From the NCBI GenBank assembly GCA_903872035.1, contig CAIQIZ010000009.1, positions 7,299 to 71,298 on the forward strand: 64,000 nucleotides of DNA, written 5' to 3'. Within the stretch, counting starts at the first letter, position 1. Each line of letters starts with the position of its first letter. The position numbers and the translations under genes were made by a program. The notes under the pieces were generated by a model. The model was not told where the DNA came from and did no database searches. It saw only the letters and a list, made by a program, of their open reading frames with translations. Shown here in pieces: positions 20,035 to 29,911 of the stretch. The stretch comes from an uncultured bacterium. Lineage in GTDB: Bacteria; Patescibacteriota; Minisyncoccia; Phycocordibacterales; PALSA-1337.

Positions 20035-21624
20035 ATGCTATCATCTACCGCCATGAACCAAAACTCCAAGACTGCGTTTTCAAAGGAACAGTTCTCTACC
20101 CTGTATCCTAATGGAGTAGGAACGCACTACTGGTATTCAGCACGCAATATGATCATCGCCGATACCCTGCTTAAACTGTCTCCGAAAGGCGTATTGGAGG
20201 TAGGCGCTGGTGCGGGTACAGTGTCTTCGTATCTCAAAAAGAGAAATTTTTCGATTTGGTGCGTGGAACCGGCCCCGGTCTACCCTCCACCTGACCTTAA
20301 AAACGTATTTTTCGCGGGTATGAAAACCAGCGACTTGCCCATCGAAGTTCGGGAAAAGATCGATACCGCTCTGGTCTTGGACGTGCTCGAACATGTCCCA
20401 GAGCCGCAAAAACTGATCTCCGAAATAGAGAAAAGTCTACCGAATCTCCGCAACATAGTTATAACTGTGCCAGCGCGTCAAGAGCTTTGGAATAATTTTG
20501 ACGAATTCAATGGTCACTTCTTGCGCTATGATCGCCGAAGAGTGACTCAAACCTTCCAAGAGCTTGGCTGGAAACCATTATCCTGCGCTTATTGTTTCCA
20601 CATTCTCTATTGGCCAGCTCTCTTATTCGCCAAGCTTGGTTTAAAACGCTCAGTCGTAGTGGCCACACCAATCGGTTTTTCAACCGTTCTGCACAGATTG
20701 ATGGCTAAGTTGTTCTATCTGGACAAAAAAATCTTCCCGAGCGCCATGGTCGGAAGTTCCATTATCTCCGTATTCAACAAATCTTCAGAAACACAGCCTG
20801 CACCCACCATCACAAATAGATGGAAGATCAAACTCCCCTACGGATCAATCATAAGAAAGCTGCCAAAGATAGAACTGGCTTCGGCTGACGGCAAGCATTT
20901 TCTTATCAAGAATAATATATTCTACCGAATCGGTTTTTCTGTTCTGGGAATCCCCCATTTGAGCTGGAGATCGCGATCACGGATCATCATGAAAGAGATG
21001 AGGTCAGTCCCACTTTCCGCCAAGATCCTGGATGCCGGCTGCGGCTACGGCATATATTCGCTCATGCTCGGTGAGATTGGATTTACAGTAGACGCCGTGG
21101 ACGTAGACCCGATAAGGATAGAGGAACTGACGTCTTCTCTGAAGTCTCTGAAAAAGGCGCATGCCCACGTGACCCCGGCCGTGGCGTCCCTCACCAAGCT
21201 TCACTTCGCGGATGATGCATATGACTTGGTCATCTGTCCGGAAGTCATAGAGCATATCGCGGACGATATGGCGGCCCTCGGGGAGCTGGCACGAGTGACC
21301 AAGCCCGGCGGAAAGCTTATCCTTACCGTACCTCATTGGTCGCCATTCAACCTCAGCTTTTACAAGAAATTCGAACATGAGCGGCCAGGATATCACTATG
21401 ATGAACTTGCCAAAACATTGAAAGGACTCGGACTTGAGCCGGAAAAAGTCTTTTTCTACGAATATGACTTTGGAACGAAGATATTCATATTCTACAACTC
21501 ATTGAATTCCAAGATCCTTATGGGCTTGGCCTTCTATCCTTGTTTCCTTCTCCAGCGACTGGACAATATCCTGAAGCGTGGGACGCCGAATTATCTGGCA
21601 GTGGTGGCAGTGAAAAGACAGTGA
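20035..21624 (+). CDS. tandem-domain SAM-dependent methyltransferase
   Basis: two motif-I boxes: VLEVGAGAGTVSSYL and ILDAGCGYGIYSLML, second followed by DLVICPEVIEHI and PGGKLILTVPH. Confidence 0.55.
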   Translation: MLSSTAMNQNSKTAFSKEQFSTLYPNGVGTHYWYSARNMIIADTLLKLSPKGVLEVGAGAGTVSSYLKKRNFSIWCVEPAPVYPPPDLKNVFFAGMKTSDLPIEVREKIDTALVLDVLEHVPEPQKLISEIEKSLPNLRNIVITVPARQELWNNFDEFNGHFLRYDRRRVTQTFQELGWKPLSCAYCFHILYWPALLFAKLGLKRSVVVATPIGFSTVLHRLMAKLFYLDKKIFPSAMVGSSIISVFNKSSETQPAPTITNRWKIKLPYGSIIRKLPKIELASADGKHFLIKNNIFYRIGFSVLGIPHLSWRSRSRIIMKEMRSVPLSAKILDAGCGYGIYSLMLGEIGFTVDAVDVDPIRIEELTSSLKSLKKAHAHVTPAVASLTKLHFADDAYDLVICPEVIEHIADDMAALGELARVTKPGGKLILTVPHWSPFNLSFYKKFEHERPGYHYDELAKTLKGLGLEPEKVFFYEYDFGTKIFIFYNSLNSKILMGLAFYPCFLLQRLDNILKRGTPNYLAVVAVKRQ

Positions 21625-21673
21625 TACGTCCAGGATATTCGAACTAATCAAATAAATTTATCTAGAAGATAGA

Positions 21674-22120
21674 TCACCGTCCAAGAACTGGAAGCGCGAC
21701 ATCATTCGGAGTCGCGTTAAATTGAGTATTTTGTATGGCCCAAAGATTCCCAAAGACCACCGAGTAGAGGACAGCGGTCACGATCATAACCAAGATGATC
21801 TCTGCGATAAAACAAGTGATGTAGATCTTGAGGGATTTGAGCCACGGGGTCTGATAATACTTCTTGTAGAAAAGATATAACACTACAAAACCAAGGACAA
21901 AATCTAATATATAAAATAGATTAGCTATCGAATGTGAATGGCCAGCGATAAGATTTCCTATACCGTTCGTGATGACGTTGACGACGATGAGCGAGAGCGT
22001 CACGAACATAGATCTTATGAATGTCGCTTGCGTTATCTTAAACAGCTTTGTGATCCAGAACAATATCGCTGAACCTAGCAAAGACATAGCAATTAACGTA
22101 AGTATGACTAGGATGGTCAT
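21674..22120 (-). CDS. small polytopic membrane protein (4 TM), unknown function
   Basis: ORF track; four hydrophobic helices. Confidence 0.35.
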   Translation of the reverse strand: MTILVILTLIAMSLLGSAILFWITKLFKITQATFIRSMFVTLSLIVVNVITNGIGNLIAGHSHSIANLFYILDFVLGFVVLYLFYKKYYQTPWLKSLKIYITCFIAEIILVMIVTAVLYSVVFGNLWAIQNTQFNATPNDVALPVLGR

Positions 22121-22167
22121 GAATAATTATTAAATTGATACATGAACATTTTACCACAGATTCAAGA

Positions 22168-23625
22168 TCACTTCTTCTTTTTAAAGAGGATATCGTACTT
22201 ATAAGGCGTGGTCGTGGCGTCATAAAGCTTGAAAAGCGGATCATCCGACTTATACCCTTCCGCTACTATGATGATACGGTCTACTTTCCCGGCCTTTATC
22301 TGCTCCAAACCGAGAGCGCCGATCGGACCAGCCGCAGGTGTGAGATATTGATAATAATCATCGCCATGGATGAAAGGCACGACTTCGGGAGTATTGTAGA
22401 AAAACACAGAAGTGCGTGGATCAAGATGAGCGAAATAATCTTCCCAGTAAGCGGTCTTGTGGCTGTGATATGTATCCGACACCCAGGAATGAAAAGCGCA
22501 TTGGTAAAGACCGAGGAACGCCAAGATACCGAGAAGCACAGGAACGGCCTTGCGAGCAGAAGGACTTAAATTCACCTTCACCGAAATTGTCTGCAGGAAT
22601 AGGTTCAGCGAATAAGGAAAGAATATCAAAGCCAGGATCTGCGCAGGAAAAAGATATCGATAGAAACCGGCCGTGCGCAAGAAAGCCCCGATGATCAAGA
22701 TAGAGAAAATAAAAGAGATGATCTCCTCTGCTGGAACGGCTTTTTTAGCACGTTGCCGGAGCCAAAGGCCGACAGCCCAAACTGCCATGATAAGCAAAGT
22801 ATAGAGAGTGCTCGGATCTTTGAACATTCCTGTAAAATTTCTGATCACCGTAGCGACCAGGTTCTTCTCATGATAAGGATTGGCATAATAAGTCAGAATG
22901 CCTGACAACGAGTCCGAACCGCCGAATTGGATGAGAAGCCAAAGAATTATCGGCACCAGCGTAAAAACTGCACACAAAAAGATATCTTTCCAATCAATAC
23001 GCTTTCTCCTTAACTCTATAAGCAAACCGATAGCGACGGCCGGAAGCATTATGAGAAATTCCGGCTTTGTGGCGACGCAAAGGCCCAGAGCCAGTCCAGA
23101 GAGAAGCAAAAATAATTTCCTACGGGAAGGACGGCCAAGCGCTAAATTCAAAAAAATCAGGCATAGCAAAAGATAGAACATGCCAGGAACCTCTCCGAGC
23201 ACGCTCTTACCATTCGCAAAGAGAGGAGGAAAGGTTGCCAGAAGCGCGACGGCCCCAAGAGCCATCCATGGCCCGTAGAGACGCTTGGCCAAAAAATATG
23301 CGGCGATGATAAGACCAAGGATGAAAAGCGCCATGAGCGAACGTGCCGAGAGAATCCCTGTGCCAAATATCCGCATCCATAATGCCATCGGATACAATAG
23401 CGGATATCCGACCGTGGTCACAGCCAGATGAGTTACAACACCTGGAGTAAGCTGTAAACCGTCGGCTCCACGAACTGCAATATTGGCGGCATCTTGAACA
23501 TACCAACCTTCGTCATACCAGACGGACGGGCTTTCCGACAGCTTATATAACGAGAAAAAGACGGCGACTACCGCGGCCGTGAGGAGAAGAATCTTTCGCA
23601 GGTTATCGATCTTGCTCGACTCCAT
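22168..23625 (-). CDS. GT-C polytopic glycosyltransferase (ArnT/PMT-like), paralogue A2
   Basis: ESPSVWYDEGWY DE motif; same length and collinear similarity to 18567-20024 but opposite strand. Confidence 0.6.
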   Translation of the reverse strand: MESSKIDNLRKILLLTAAVVAVFFSLYKLSESPSVWYDEGWYVQDAANIAVRGADGLQLTPGVVTHLAVTTVGYPLLYPMALWMRIFGTGILSARSLMALFILGLIIAAYFLAKRLYGPWMALGAVALLATFPPLFANGKSVLGEVPGMFYLLLCLIFLNLALGRPSRRKLFLLLSGLALGLCVATKPEFLIMLPAVAIGLLIELRRKRIDWKDIFLCAVFTLVPIILWLLIQFGGSDSLSGILTYYANPYHEKNLVATVIRNFTGMFKDPSTLYTLLIMAVWAVGLWLRQRAKKAVPAEEIISFIFSILIIGAFLRTAGFYRYLFPAQILALIFFPYSLNLFLQTISVKVNLSPSARKAVPVLLGILAFLGLYQCAFHSWVSDTYHSHKTAYWEDYFAHLDPRTSVFFYNTPEVVPFIHGDDYYQYLTPAAGPIGALGLEQIKAGKVDRIIIVAEGYKSDDPLFKLYDATTTPYKYDILFKKKK

Positions 23626-24553
23626 GAGTAGAAGAAATTATGTAGAGCGGCCGTCCTTTCGATTCGGCGAAGATGCGACCGATATACTCACCTAGGATAC
23701 CCAACATGATGAATTGAATGCCGCCAACAAAGAGAATGGCGACGACAATGAATGACCAGCCAGGCACAGCGGCCACCGGAAAGAATATGCGGACGACGAC
23801 AGCGTAGATTATTCCGAGGACGCTCACTCCAGCGACGAACAAACCAAATTTGGTCATGAACCGGAGCGGTGCGGTCGAGAAAGAGAAAACGGCATCCATA
23901 GAAAGCCCGAGCATCTTGCGGAAGGGATAATGCGTCTCCCCGGCTCTACGCGAATCGCGGTCGAATGGAACAGCCTTCTGTTTGAAACCGATATGGGCCG
24001 AGATGCCGCGCATATAACGATGCACTTCCCTGTATCTTTTCATGACATCGGCTGCCCGGCGATCGAACAACCTGAAATCGCCGGCATTCTCGGGAATAGG
24101 ATAATCGGAAAGCTTGGCCATGATCTTGTAGAACATCCCGGCGGTCAAGCGCTTCCAGAAACCATCTTTACGCGTGGCTCTCACTGCATAGACGACCTCA
24201 TTACCTTGTTCCCATTCTCTGATAAGGTCGAGCGCCGTCTTCGGAGGATCCTGGAGATCGGTATCCATGACGATGACAGCATCTCCTTTGGCATGATCGA
24301 TACCGGCAGTGATGGCTAATTGATGGCCGAAGTTGCGTGCGAACTCGATGATCTTTATGCGCTGATCCTTGGCCGCGAGCTGTTTCAGTATTTGAATGGT
24401 GCCGTCCCTGGAACCATCATTGATAAAAAGAAATTCTAATCCGTAGCGACCATCGAGAGGTTTTGTGGTCGAAGATAAAACGCCGTAAAATTCTTTCAGA
24501 ACTTTCTCTTCGTTGTAGACCGGCAAGACAAAACTGATCGTTTTCTGGGCCAT
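23603..24553 (-). CDS. polyprenyl-phosphate hexose synthase, GT2 (DPM1/GtrB/ArnC-like)
   Basis: ISFVLPVYNEE, FINDGSRDGT, VIVMDTDLQDPP; two C-terminal TM helices. Confidence 0.7.
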   Translation of the reverse strand: MAQKTISFVLPVYNEEKVLKEFYGVLSSTTKPLDGRYGLEFLFINDGSRDGTIQILKQLAAKDQRIKIIEFARNFGHQLAITAGIDHAKGDAVIVMDTDLQDPPKTALDLIREWEQGNEVVYAVRATRKDGFWKRLTAGMFYKIMAKLSDYPIPENAGDFRLFDRRAADVMKRYREVHRYMRGISAHIGFKQKAVPFDRDSRRAGETHYPFRKMLGLSMDAVFSFSTAPLRFMTKFGLFVAGVSVLGIIYAVVVRIFFPVAAVPGWSFIVVAILFVGGIQFIMLGILGEYIGRIFAESKGRPLYIISSTHGVEQDR

Positions 24554-24647
24554 AATATTTGGTATGGTAGCAGATTATCCCAAATTTGACACTGGTGTTT
24601 TGAATATACGGAAAAGTACGGATTCGGACAATCACAACAACACCCGA

Positions 24648-25979
24648 TCAAACAAACTTCAGCTTCCTAGCCGCGAATACCGTCATCTTCAGAAGCAGCC
24701 AACCGTGTTTCCACCGACTAATATTGGTCGTACCATATTTTCTCTCCCGGTAATGGACCGGCAGATCAATGATCTTCAAATTCAATTTAGCGGCACCGAA
24801 TAGAAGGTCAAAGTCGCCGAATGGATCGAAATCGCCGAAGAAGGCACGATTGTTCTTGATCTTTTCATAATCCTTCTTCCAGAGAACTTTGGTGCCACAA
24901 AGAGTGTCTTTGAGCGGTTGTCCGAGGATAGTACTAAAAGCGTAACTGAAGAATTTATTGCCAAAGAAGTTGAGGAGGCGCATGGACTCTTTTTCCATCG
25001 GATACACCAATCTGGAACCGTTGATGAAATCGGCCCGACCATCTACCAAAGCTTGGTAGAATTTCGGCACATCTTCTGGAGGCACTGTCATATCGGCATC
25101 GTATATGGCCAAAATATCGCCACTGGCCATGTCAAAGCCTTTGCGCACGGCATCTCCCTTCCCTTTGCCTTCTTGGACCGCATATCGGACTTTATGAGGA
25201 CCTTTGTATGCCGCCACAGTCTTCTTTATAACGTCAAGAGTGTCGTCGGCCGAATTGCCTTCTATGAAGATGACCTCCGTGCCCGAGCCGATAGTCGGCA
25301 ATTCTTCTACGATCTTTTTTATAGTACCGGCTTCGTTGCGGGCTGGAACAATGATGGAAATGGACGGAAGCTTCGAGCCATTCATCTCCGCTTTTCGGCC
25401 GAGACCTGCCCCGCTCTTTCTGGCAACGGCGTAATTGATTAGCCCAAGCTTGTTGAATGGAAAGATATTCGCGATGTATGAATTAAAGAAATAGGAAATG
25501 ACTGGAAAATAAAATGGACAAAGCATCTTTGATCCAGACTTCACAACTTCGAACCCGGCTAGTTCGAGGAAGTTGACCAGATCTATTTTGGAAACCCAAT
25601 TCTGTTCCATAGAAGGCATGCGCAAGCCGAGACTGGAGGCTAGACGAAGGACTGGTTCCCAGAGAGCGCTGTATTGAGTGATGATGATTCGGCCGTCCGC
25701 CGAGAGTGCCTTGTTGATATCCATCAAAAAATTCTGGATGTCATAGATATACCCCAGCGTATCTGAAATGGCGACATACTGGTATTCACCGACTGCCTTT
25801 ATTTTGGAAATGGTCGGATCCTCGATCGTCAAAGACTTCGCCTTATCAGGAATGAGAAAAGTGCGCAACGACTGGACATAGCCGTAATAAAATCGGTTGC
25901 GCCGCCTGAGCTTGATCTTTTTATCGGCATAGCGAGAAAAATACTCGCAAGCTTGATCGGTTGTATAATCCATTTTCAA
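24648..25979 (-). CDS. fusion protein: N-terminal methyltransferase-like domain + C-terminal GT2 glycosyltransferase
   Basis: C-terminal ISIIVPARNEAGTI...AIYDADMTVPPED GT2 motifs; N-terminal about 200 aa with MTase-like fold signature DGRIIITQYS. Confidence 0.5.
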   Translation of the reverse strand: MKMDYTTDQACEYFSRYADKKIKLRRRNRFYYGYVQSLRTFLIPDKAKSLTIEDPTISKIKAVGEYQYVAISDTLGYIYDIQNFLMDINKALSADGRIIITQYSALWEPVLRLASSLGLRMPSMEQNWVSKIDLVNFLELAGFEVVKSGSKMLCPFYFPVISYFFNSYIANIFPFNKLGLINYAVARKSGAGLGRKAEMNGSKLPSISIIVPARNEAGTIKKIVEELPTIGSGTEVIFIEGNSADDTLDVIKKTVAAYKGPHKVRYAVQEGKGKGDAVRKGFDMASGDILAIYDADMTVPPEDVPKFYQALVDGRADFINGSRLVYPMEKESMRLLNFFGNKFFSYAFSTILGQPLKDTLCGTKVLWKKDYEKIKNNRAFFGDFDPFGDFDLLFGAAKLNLKIIDLPVHYRERKYGTTNISRWKHGWLLLKMTVFAARKLKFV

Positions 25980-27652
25980 TGTAGCTTACCCTGCGCCGAC
26001 GGCGCCTTGCAAGAGTAGATCTCCCCTTCGATATTCCGTGAGGTGCTAGAAGCTAGGACCGTGCAAGTGCGGAAAAATGCCGCATAGTCGCTACTTGGAT
26101 CGATCCTCGGCATATCGACGATCAAATATTTTCCGGAAAATGCCGCGAATCTTTGGAGGTGCGCATCTTGAGACTCCGGCGTAGCATAGAAGCGACCGCC
26201 GTATTTCGACATGGTCATGAGCTCGAATGCTCCGATATCGTTGTATGTGATGTACTGATCGCCTGAGCTATCAGTGCTCACATAAGAGACAAGAGGCTGC
26301 AGAACATCGGCTGTTTTTCCATTGACCTTGCCCAAAGCGTATTCTTCGGCGAAAACAAGAGAATAAGTGATACCGAGACAAATGACGATGATAAGCAAGC
26401 TCGAACGCCAAGCCGGTTTCATTAGACCAACAATGGCGCAAATAACAGATATGAGAAAAACCAAAGCGATGAAAAGGAATGAAACGTAAAATCCCATAGG
26501 CCCAGAGCCTCCATTGAAAGGCATGAGCATGTTCCATTTGAGATGGATCACTCGGCTCAACCATTCGGTCTTTGGATATAGCGACGGAATTACGTTGTGC
26601 ACGAACTGCAGAAAATAGAGAACTACAGACAAGACGATTCCCGCCAAAAGACCGTACTCCCTTCCCAGGGCTTCCTGTTTGAGAAAGTTTTGTCGAATGA
26701 TAAATGCCGAGATAACACAAAGAGGCACGATCGTGAACATCATGTATTTATCGAGCGCACCACGTGAAAAATCAAAGAGGATAAAATAGAAGACGAAACC
26801 AAAGATCAGATACAACCAATAGAGCCTGGTCGCCGAGAATATCTTCTTTGTCACAAAAACGAGTGGCACAAGCAGAAGCGGTGAAAGATATAGAATGGAT
26901 TTGATGCCTTCAAATAGGACCTGCGAATAATTGCGTCCTCCGAGATGCATGTATGTCCGAGCATGCTCTATCATTCCACCCAAACTGAAAGCCGGATAAA
27001 CAAAATGTAGGCCAGTGAATATTACAAGAATCGCAACGATAAATGCAGCGCAAGCTGAAGCTGCATATATGAGCCACTTCTTGGTTATGTGTTTTCTATT
27101 ATCAATGAATACATCGGCAATGATTACCGCCACTACAAGGATGAAGCTTAATTTAACTAGCAGACCAACAAGAAGCGCCAAAACTACCAAGATCCACCAG
27201 ATAATTTTCTGCTGCGATTTGGTGGCAGATTTGGTTCGCTCATAAGCATAGATAACAAGCAAAAAGACTGTCGGCAGGATGGCTCCGTCGGTATCGATCA
27301 TTAGTGAGGCAAAGATAGAGTAAAAAGAAACAACATAAAGTGCCACTGCGATTCCAGCTGTTTGGATATCCGACTTCCTGCGCACGACGAGGAATAATAG
27401 TAGACCGGAAATCAAAGAGAAAAGAATCGGCAATAAGCGCATGTTTTTAAGGCCGAAGAGAGCGGCATCGAGCCTGAATGAAAGAGCTGTGAGGGGTGGG
27501 TGAGCGAAGAAACTGCCAGCCGAGGCAGCGCCTTGGGATACGCTCCAAACTTCCTTCCATTCATCCTGATGGTAAGGCATATGCAGGGCCGGCAAGCGCA
27601 AACCGAGAAAAACGACTAAAAGCAAGGCCCCGACGATCCAAGTTTTTTTCAT
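25976..27652 (-). CDS. GT-C polytopic glycosyltransferase (PMT_2/ArnT-like)
   Basis: more than 10 TM; first loop PYHQDEW DE motif. Confidence 0.5.
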   Translation of the reverse strand: MKKTWIVGALLLVVFLGLRLPALHMPYHQDEWKEVWSVSQGAASAGSFFAHPPLTALSFRLDAALFGLKNMRLLPILFSLISGLLLFLVVRRKSDIQTAGIAVALYVVSFYSIFASLMIDTDGAILPTVFLLVIYAYERTKSATKSQQKIIWWILVVLALLVGLLVKLSFILVVAVIIADVFIDNRKHITKKWLIYAASACAAFIVAILVIFTGLHFVYPAFSLGGMIEHARTYMHLGGRNYSQVLFEGIKSILYLSPLLLVPLVFVTKKIFSATRLYWLYLIFGFVFYFILFDFSRGALDKYMMFTIVPLCVISAFIIRQNFLKQEALGREYGLLAGIVLSVVLYFLQFVHNVIPSLYPKTEWLSRVIHLKWNMLMPFNGGSGPMGFYVSFLFIALVFLISVICAIVGLMKPAWRSSLLIIVICLGITYSLVFAEEYALGKVNGKTADVLQPLVSYVSTDSSGDQYITYNDIGAFELMTMSKYGGRFYATPESQDAHLQRFAAFSGKYLIVDMPRIDPSSDYAAFFRTCTVLASSTSRNIEGEIYSCKAPSAQGKLH

Positions 27653-28074
27653 AGCTGTACAGTAACCGTCCTATCACGAAAAATCAACTTGTTGTATACG
27701 AAATAATTCACCACGGCGATAGCGGCGCTGACGATGATCTGGGAAATAATATAATGGATATGGAGCATCGAGACGAGGAGATAAACAGCGTATGTATTGA
27801 CGATCAGAGAAACGACGGCGACGAACAAATATATGAATCCTTGCTTATGGATCTTGTCCATGGAATTGTCGCGGAATGTCCAGAATTTTTGTAGACCAAA
27901 GCTAACTCCAAAAGCGATTATGAAAGCCAGAACAACCGATATGACATACCAAATGTGCACGAAGTCTGTAAATATGTAAAGTAATGCCAAGTCGGTGAAA
28001 GCGGCCGTACCTCCCGCGATCAGATATCTCGCGATCTTGGCGTGCTTCTTTATTTGGTTGATGATGATTTCCAT
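27649..28074 (-). CDS. GtrA-family small membrane protein (polyprenyl-P-sugar translocation-associated)
   Basis: 4 TM, YLIAGGTAAFTDLALLYIF and QKFWTFRD typical of GtrA. Confidence 0.6.
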   Translation of the reverse strand: MEIIINQIKKHAKIARYLIAGGTAAFTDLALLYIFTDFVHIWYVISVVLAFIIAFGVSFGLQKFWTFRDNSMDKIHKQGFIYLFVAVVSLIVNTYAVYLLVSMLHIHYIISQIIVSAAIAVVNYFVYNKLIFRDRTVTVQL

Positions 28075-28850
28075 ATCTTCACGATAGATCTTTTCCCTGG
28101 CACTATGAAACGCTCATGATACATGTAGCCATTCTTTTCAGCAATCGACCGTATATCCTGCGGCTTGAGGCTCATTTTATCATAATGCATCTCCCCTATA
28201 TAATTTCGAACCGATTTGAAGCCCTTAAAGCCGTCAAATATATAACGCTCAGAGCCTTCGATGTCGAACTTACAAATATCGATAGTCGTAACACCAGCCA
28301 ACTGCAGGGCTCCGTCAAGATCAATGGCATTTACTTTTATAACAGACTCGTCGGATGATTTGGAGACTACGGATGAATGGACGCTAGTTTGAGAGTGTTG
28401 GAAATCAACTGTCGCTGGCTCGGCGGAGATCGCGTATTGGTAAGCACGGACGTTTGATAAACCTGAGATGTTCTTCTCTAGGCGCTTAAATGAAAAGGGG
28501 TCAGGCTCGAAGACGTGCACCGTGGCGGCGGGATATTTCAGAGCAAAATACAATGATGAGATCCCGATGTTTCCGCCCAAATCTAAAATGACTTTCGGTT
28601 GGCCTCCAAACTCCACATCATAATCTTTGTCTACGAGTACATCTTTCATCGTCCAAAAGTCAGAGATATCTGAAACGATCAACCGACATTCGTGGCCAAA
28701 GATGACGATGCGCACATTGATTGAAAAAGCTGGCAAAATATTGAGACGGTGACGAATGGCAAAATACGCATACCAAAAGACTATCTTTACTTTATTGAAC
28801 ATGTTCGGCGCTAGATCGCCAAGCGCCAGGGCGATGCGGGAACGCTTCAT
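28050..28850 (-). CDS. FkbM-family methyltransferase
   Basis: ILDLGGNIGISSLYFA motif I; CKFDIEGSERYIF hallmark. Confidence 0.6.
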   Translation of the reverse strand: MKRSRIALALGDLAPNMFNKVKIVFWYAYFAIRHRLNILPAFSINVRIVIFGHECRLIVSDISDFWTMKDVLVDKDYDVEFGGQPKVILDLGGNIGISSLYFALKYPAATVHVFEPDPFSFKRLEKNISGLSNVRAYQYAISAEPATVDFQHSQTSVHSSVVSKSSDESVIKVNAIDLDGALQLAGVTTIDICKFDIEGSERYIFDGFKGFKSVRNYIGEMHYDKMSLKPQDIRSIAEKNGYMYHERFIVPGKRSIVKIWKSSSTK

Positions 28851-29911
28851 GATTTTGGCAATGATTCACTAACATACCCAGCCAAGATCTTACCTAACAC
28901 CTTGGGCGTCGCTTCTCGCAAGAACAGCTCGTGTCCATTCTTGGCAATCGTCGCCGAAATATCAGGGTGATCTTTTAAATGTTTGATTTTTTCTGCCAGA
29001 TCTTTTGCATCTGCCGGATTTACTAAGAGACAATTTGTTCCATCAACAAGAAAACCCGTATGCCCTTCTGCGCGGCTGGTGATGAATGGCATGGAAAGCG
29101 CCAGCGCCTCGAAAGCTTTGTAAGGGATGGTTCTTTTCAATCGATCATGATCGGCAAACTGTCCGAGAAGGACATGACCGCGAAGCATCATCTGACGAAG
29201 ACCGTCTGCTGGAAGATATGAGCTTTCCACCGCGAGATTCGTAGGATTGAAACGCTTTATCGCATCATGTAATTCTTTGACGACAGGACCATGGCCGTTG
29301 CCGATAATAAGAAAATCAATATCATCGCTCTGAAGGATATTAGCCGCTTCGACGATGTATCGTATGCCAATTTCTGGCAAGAAGCGGCCACGGAAGACAA
29401 CAGAGAATCTTCCATTCTTTTCCACCGCTTCCGGAAAGAATTCTTTGTCATCAGCCCCGGCCAAAAGGACTTTGACCTTATTCGGCGGCGTCTTGAACAA
29501 GTGTTCGAAATATTTCTTTTGAGCTTCTGTCTCGACCAAGACTTGGTCGGCAAAATGCACCGAGCTATGGTCATAGAAATAAGTCATCCACCTACGCGGC
29601 GACCATAGAGGGTATATGCCTCGCGACAATACCTGTGCCTCATAATGCGTGCAAAGAGCGTCGTATATGATCGGCTTTCCGGTGAGCAATCGCGCCAACC
29701 AGACAACCGTATATCCCGGATATCCGACGATCATGGCATCGTATTTACCATTGACCAGACGATGCTTGGCGATCAGTTTGAAATATTTCATCAGGCCGCG
29801 GCTGCGGTCGCTGCATTCGATGACTTCTATCCCATTGGCACGCAAACCAGATATATAGATCCGGTTCCGGGAATAGTCAGGGTTATATATGCCGAAATAG
29901 CAGATTGTCAT
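28847..29911 (-). CDS. GT4 (GT-B) glycosyltransferase
   Basis: C-terminal E-x7-E-like region FITSRAEGHTGFLVDGTNCLLVNP. Confidence 0.65.
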   Translation of the reverse strand: MTICYFGIYNPDYSRNRIYISGLRANGIEVIECSDRSRGLMKYFKLIAKHRLVNGKYDAMIVGYPGYTVVWLARLLTGKPIIYDALCTHYEAQVLSRGIYPLWSPRRWMTYFYDHSSVHFADQVLVETEAQKKYFEHLFKTPPNKVKVLLAGADDKEFFPEAVEKNGRFSVVFRGRFLPEIGIRYIVEAANILQSDDIDFLIIGNGHGPVVKELHDAIKRFNPTNLAVESSYLPADGLRQMMLRGHVLLGQFADHDRLKRTIPYKAFEALALSMPFITSRAEGHTGFLVDGTNCLLVNPADAKDLAEKIKHLKDHPDISATIAKNGHELFLREATPKVLGKILAGYVSESLPKS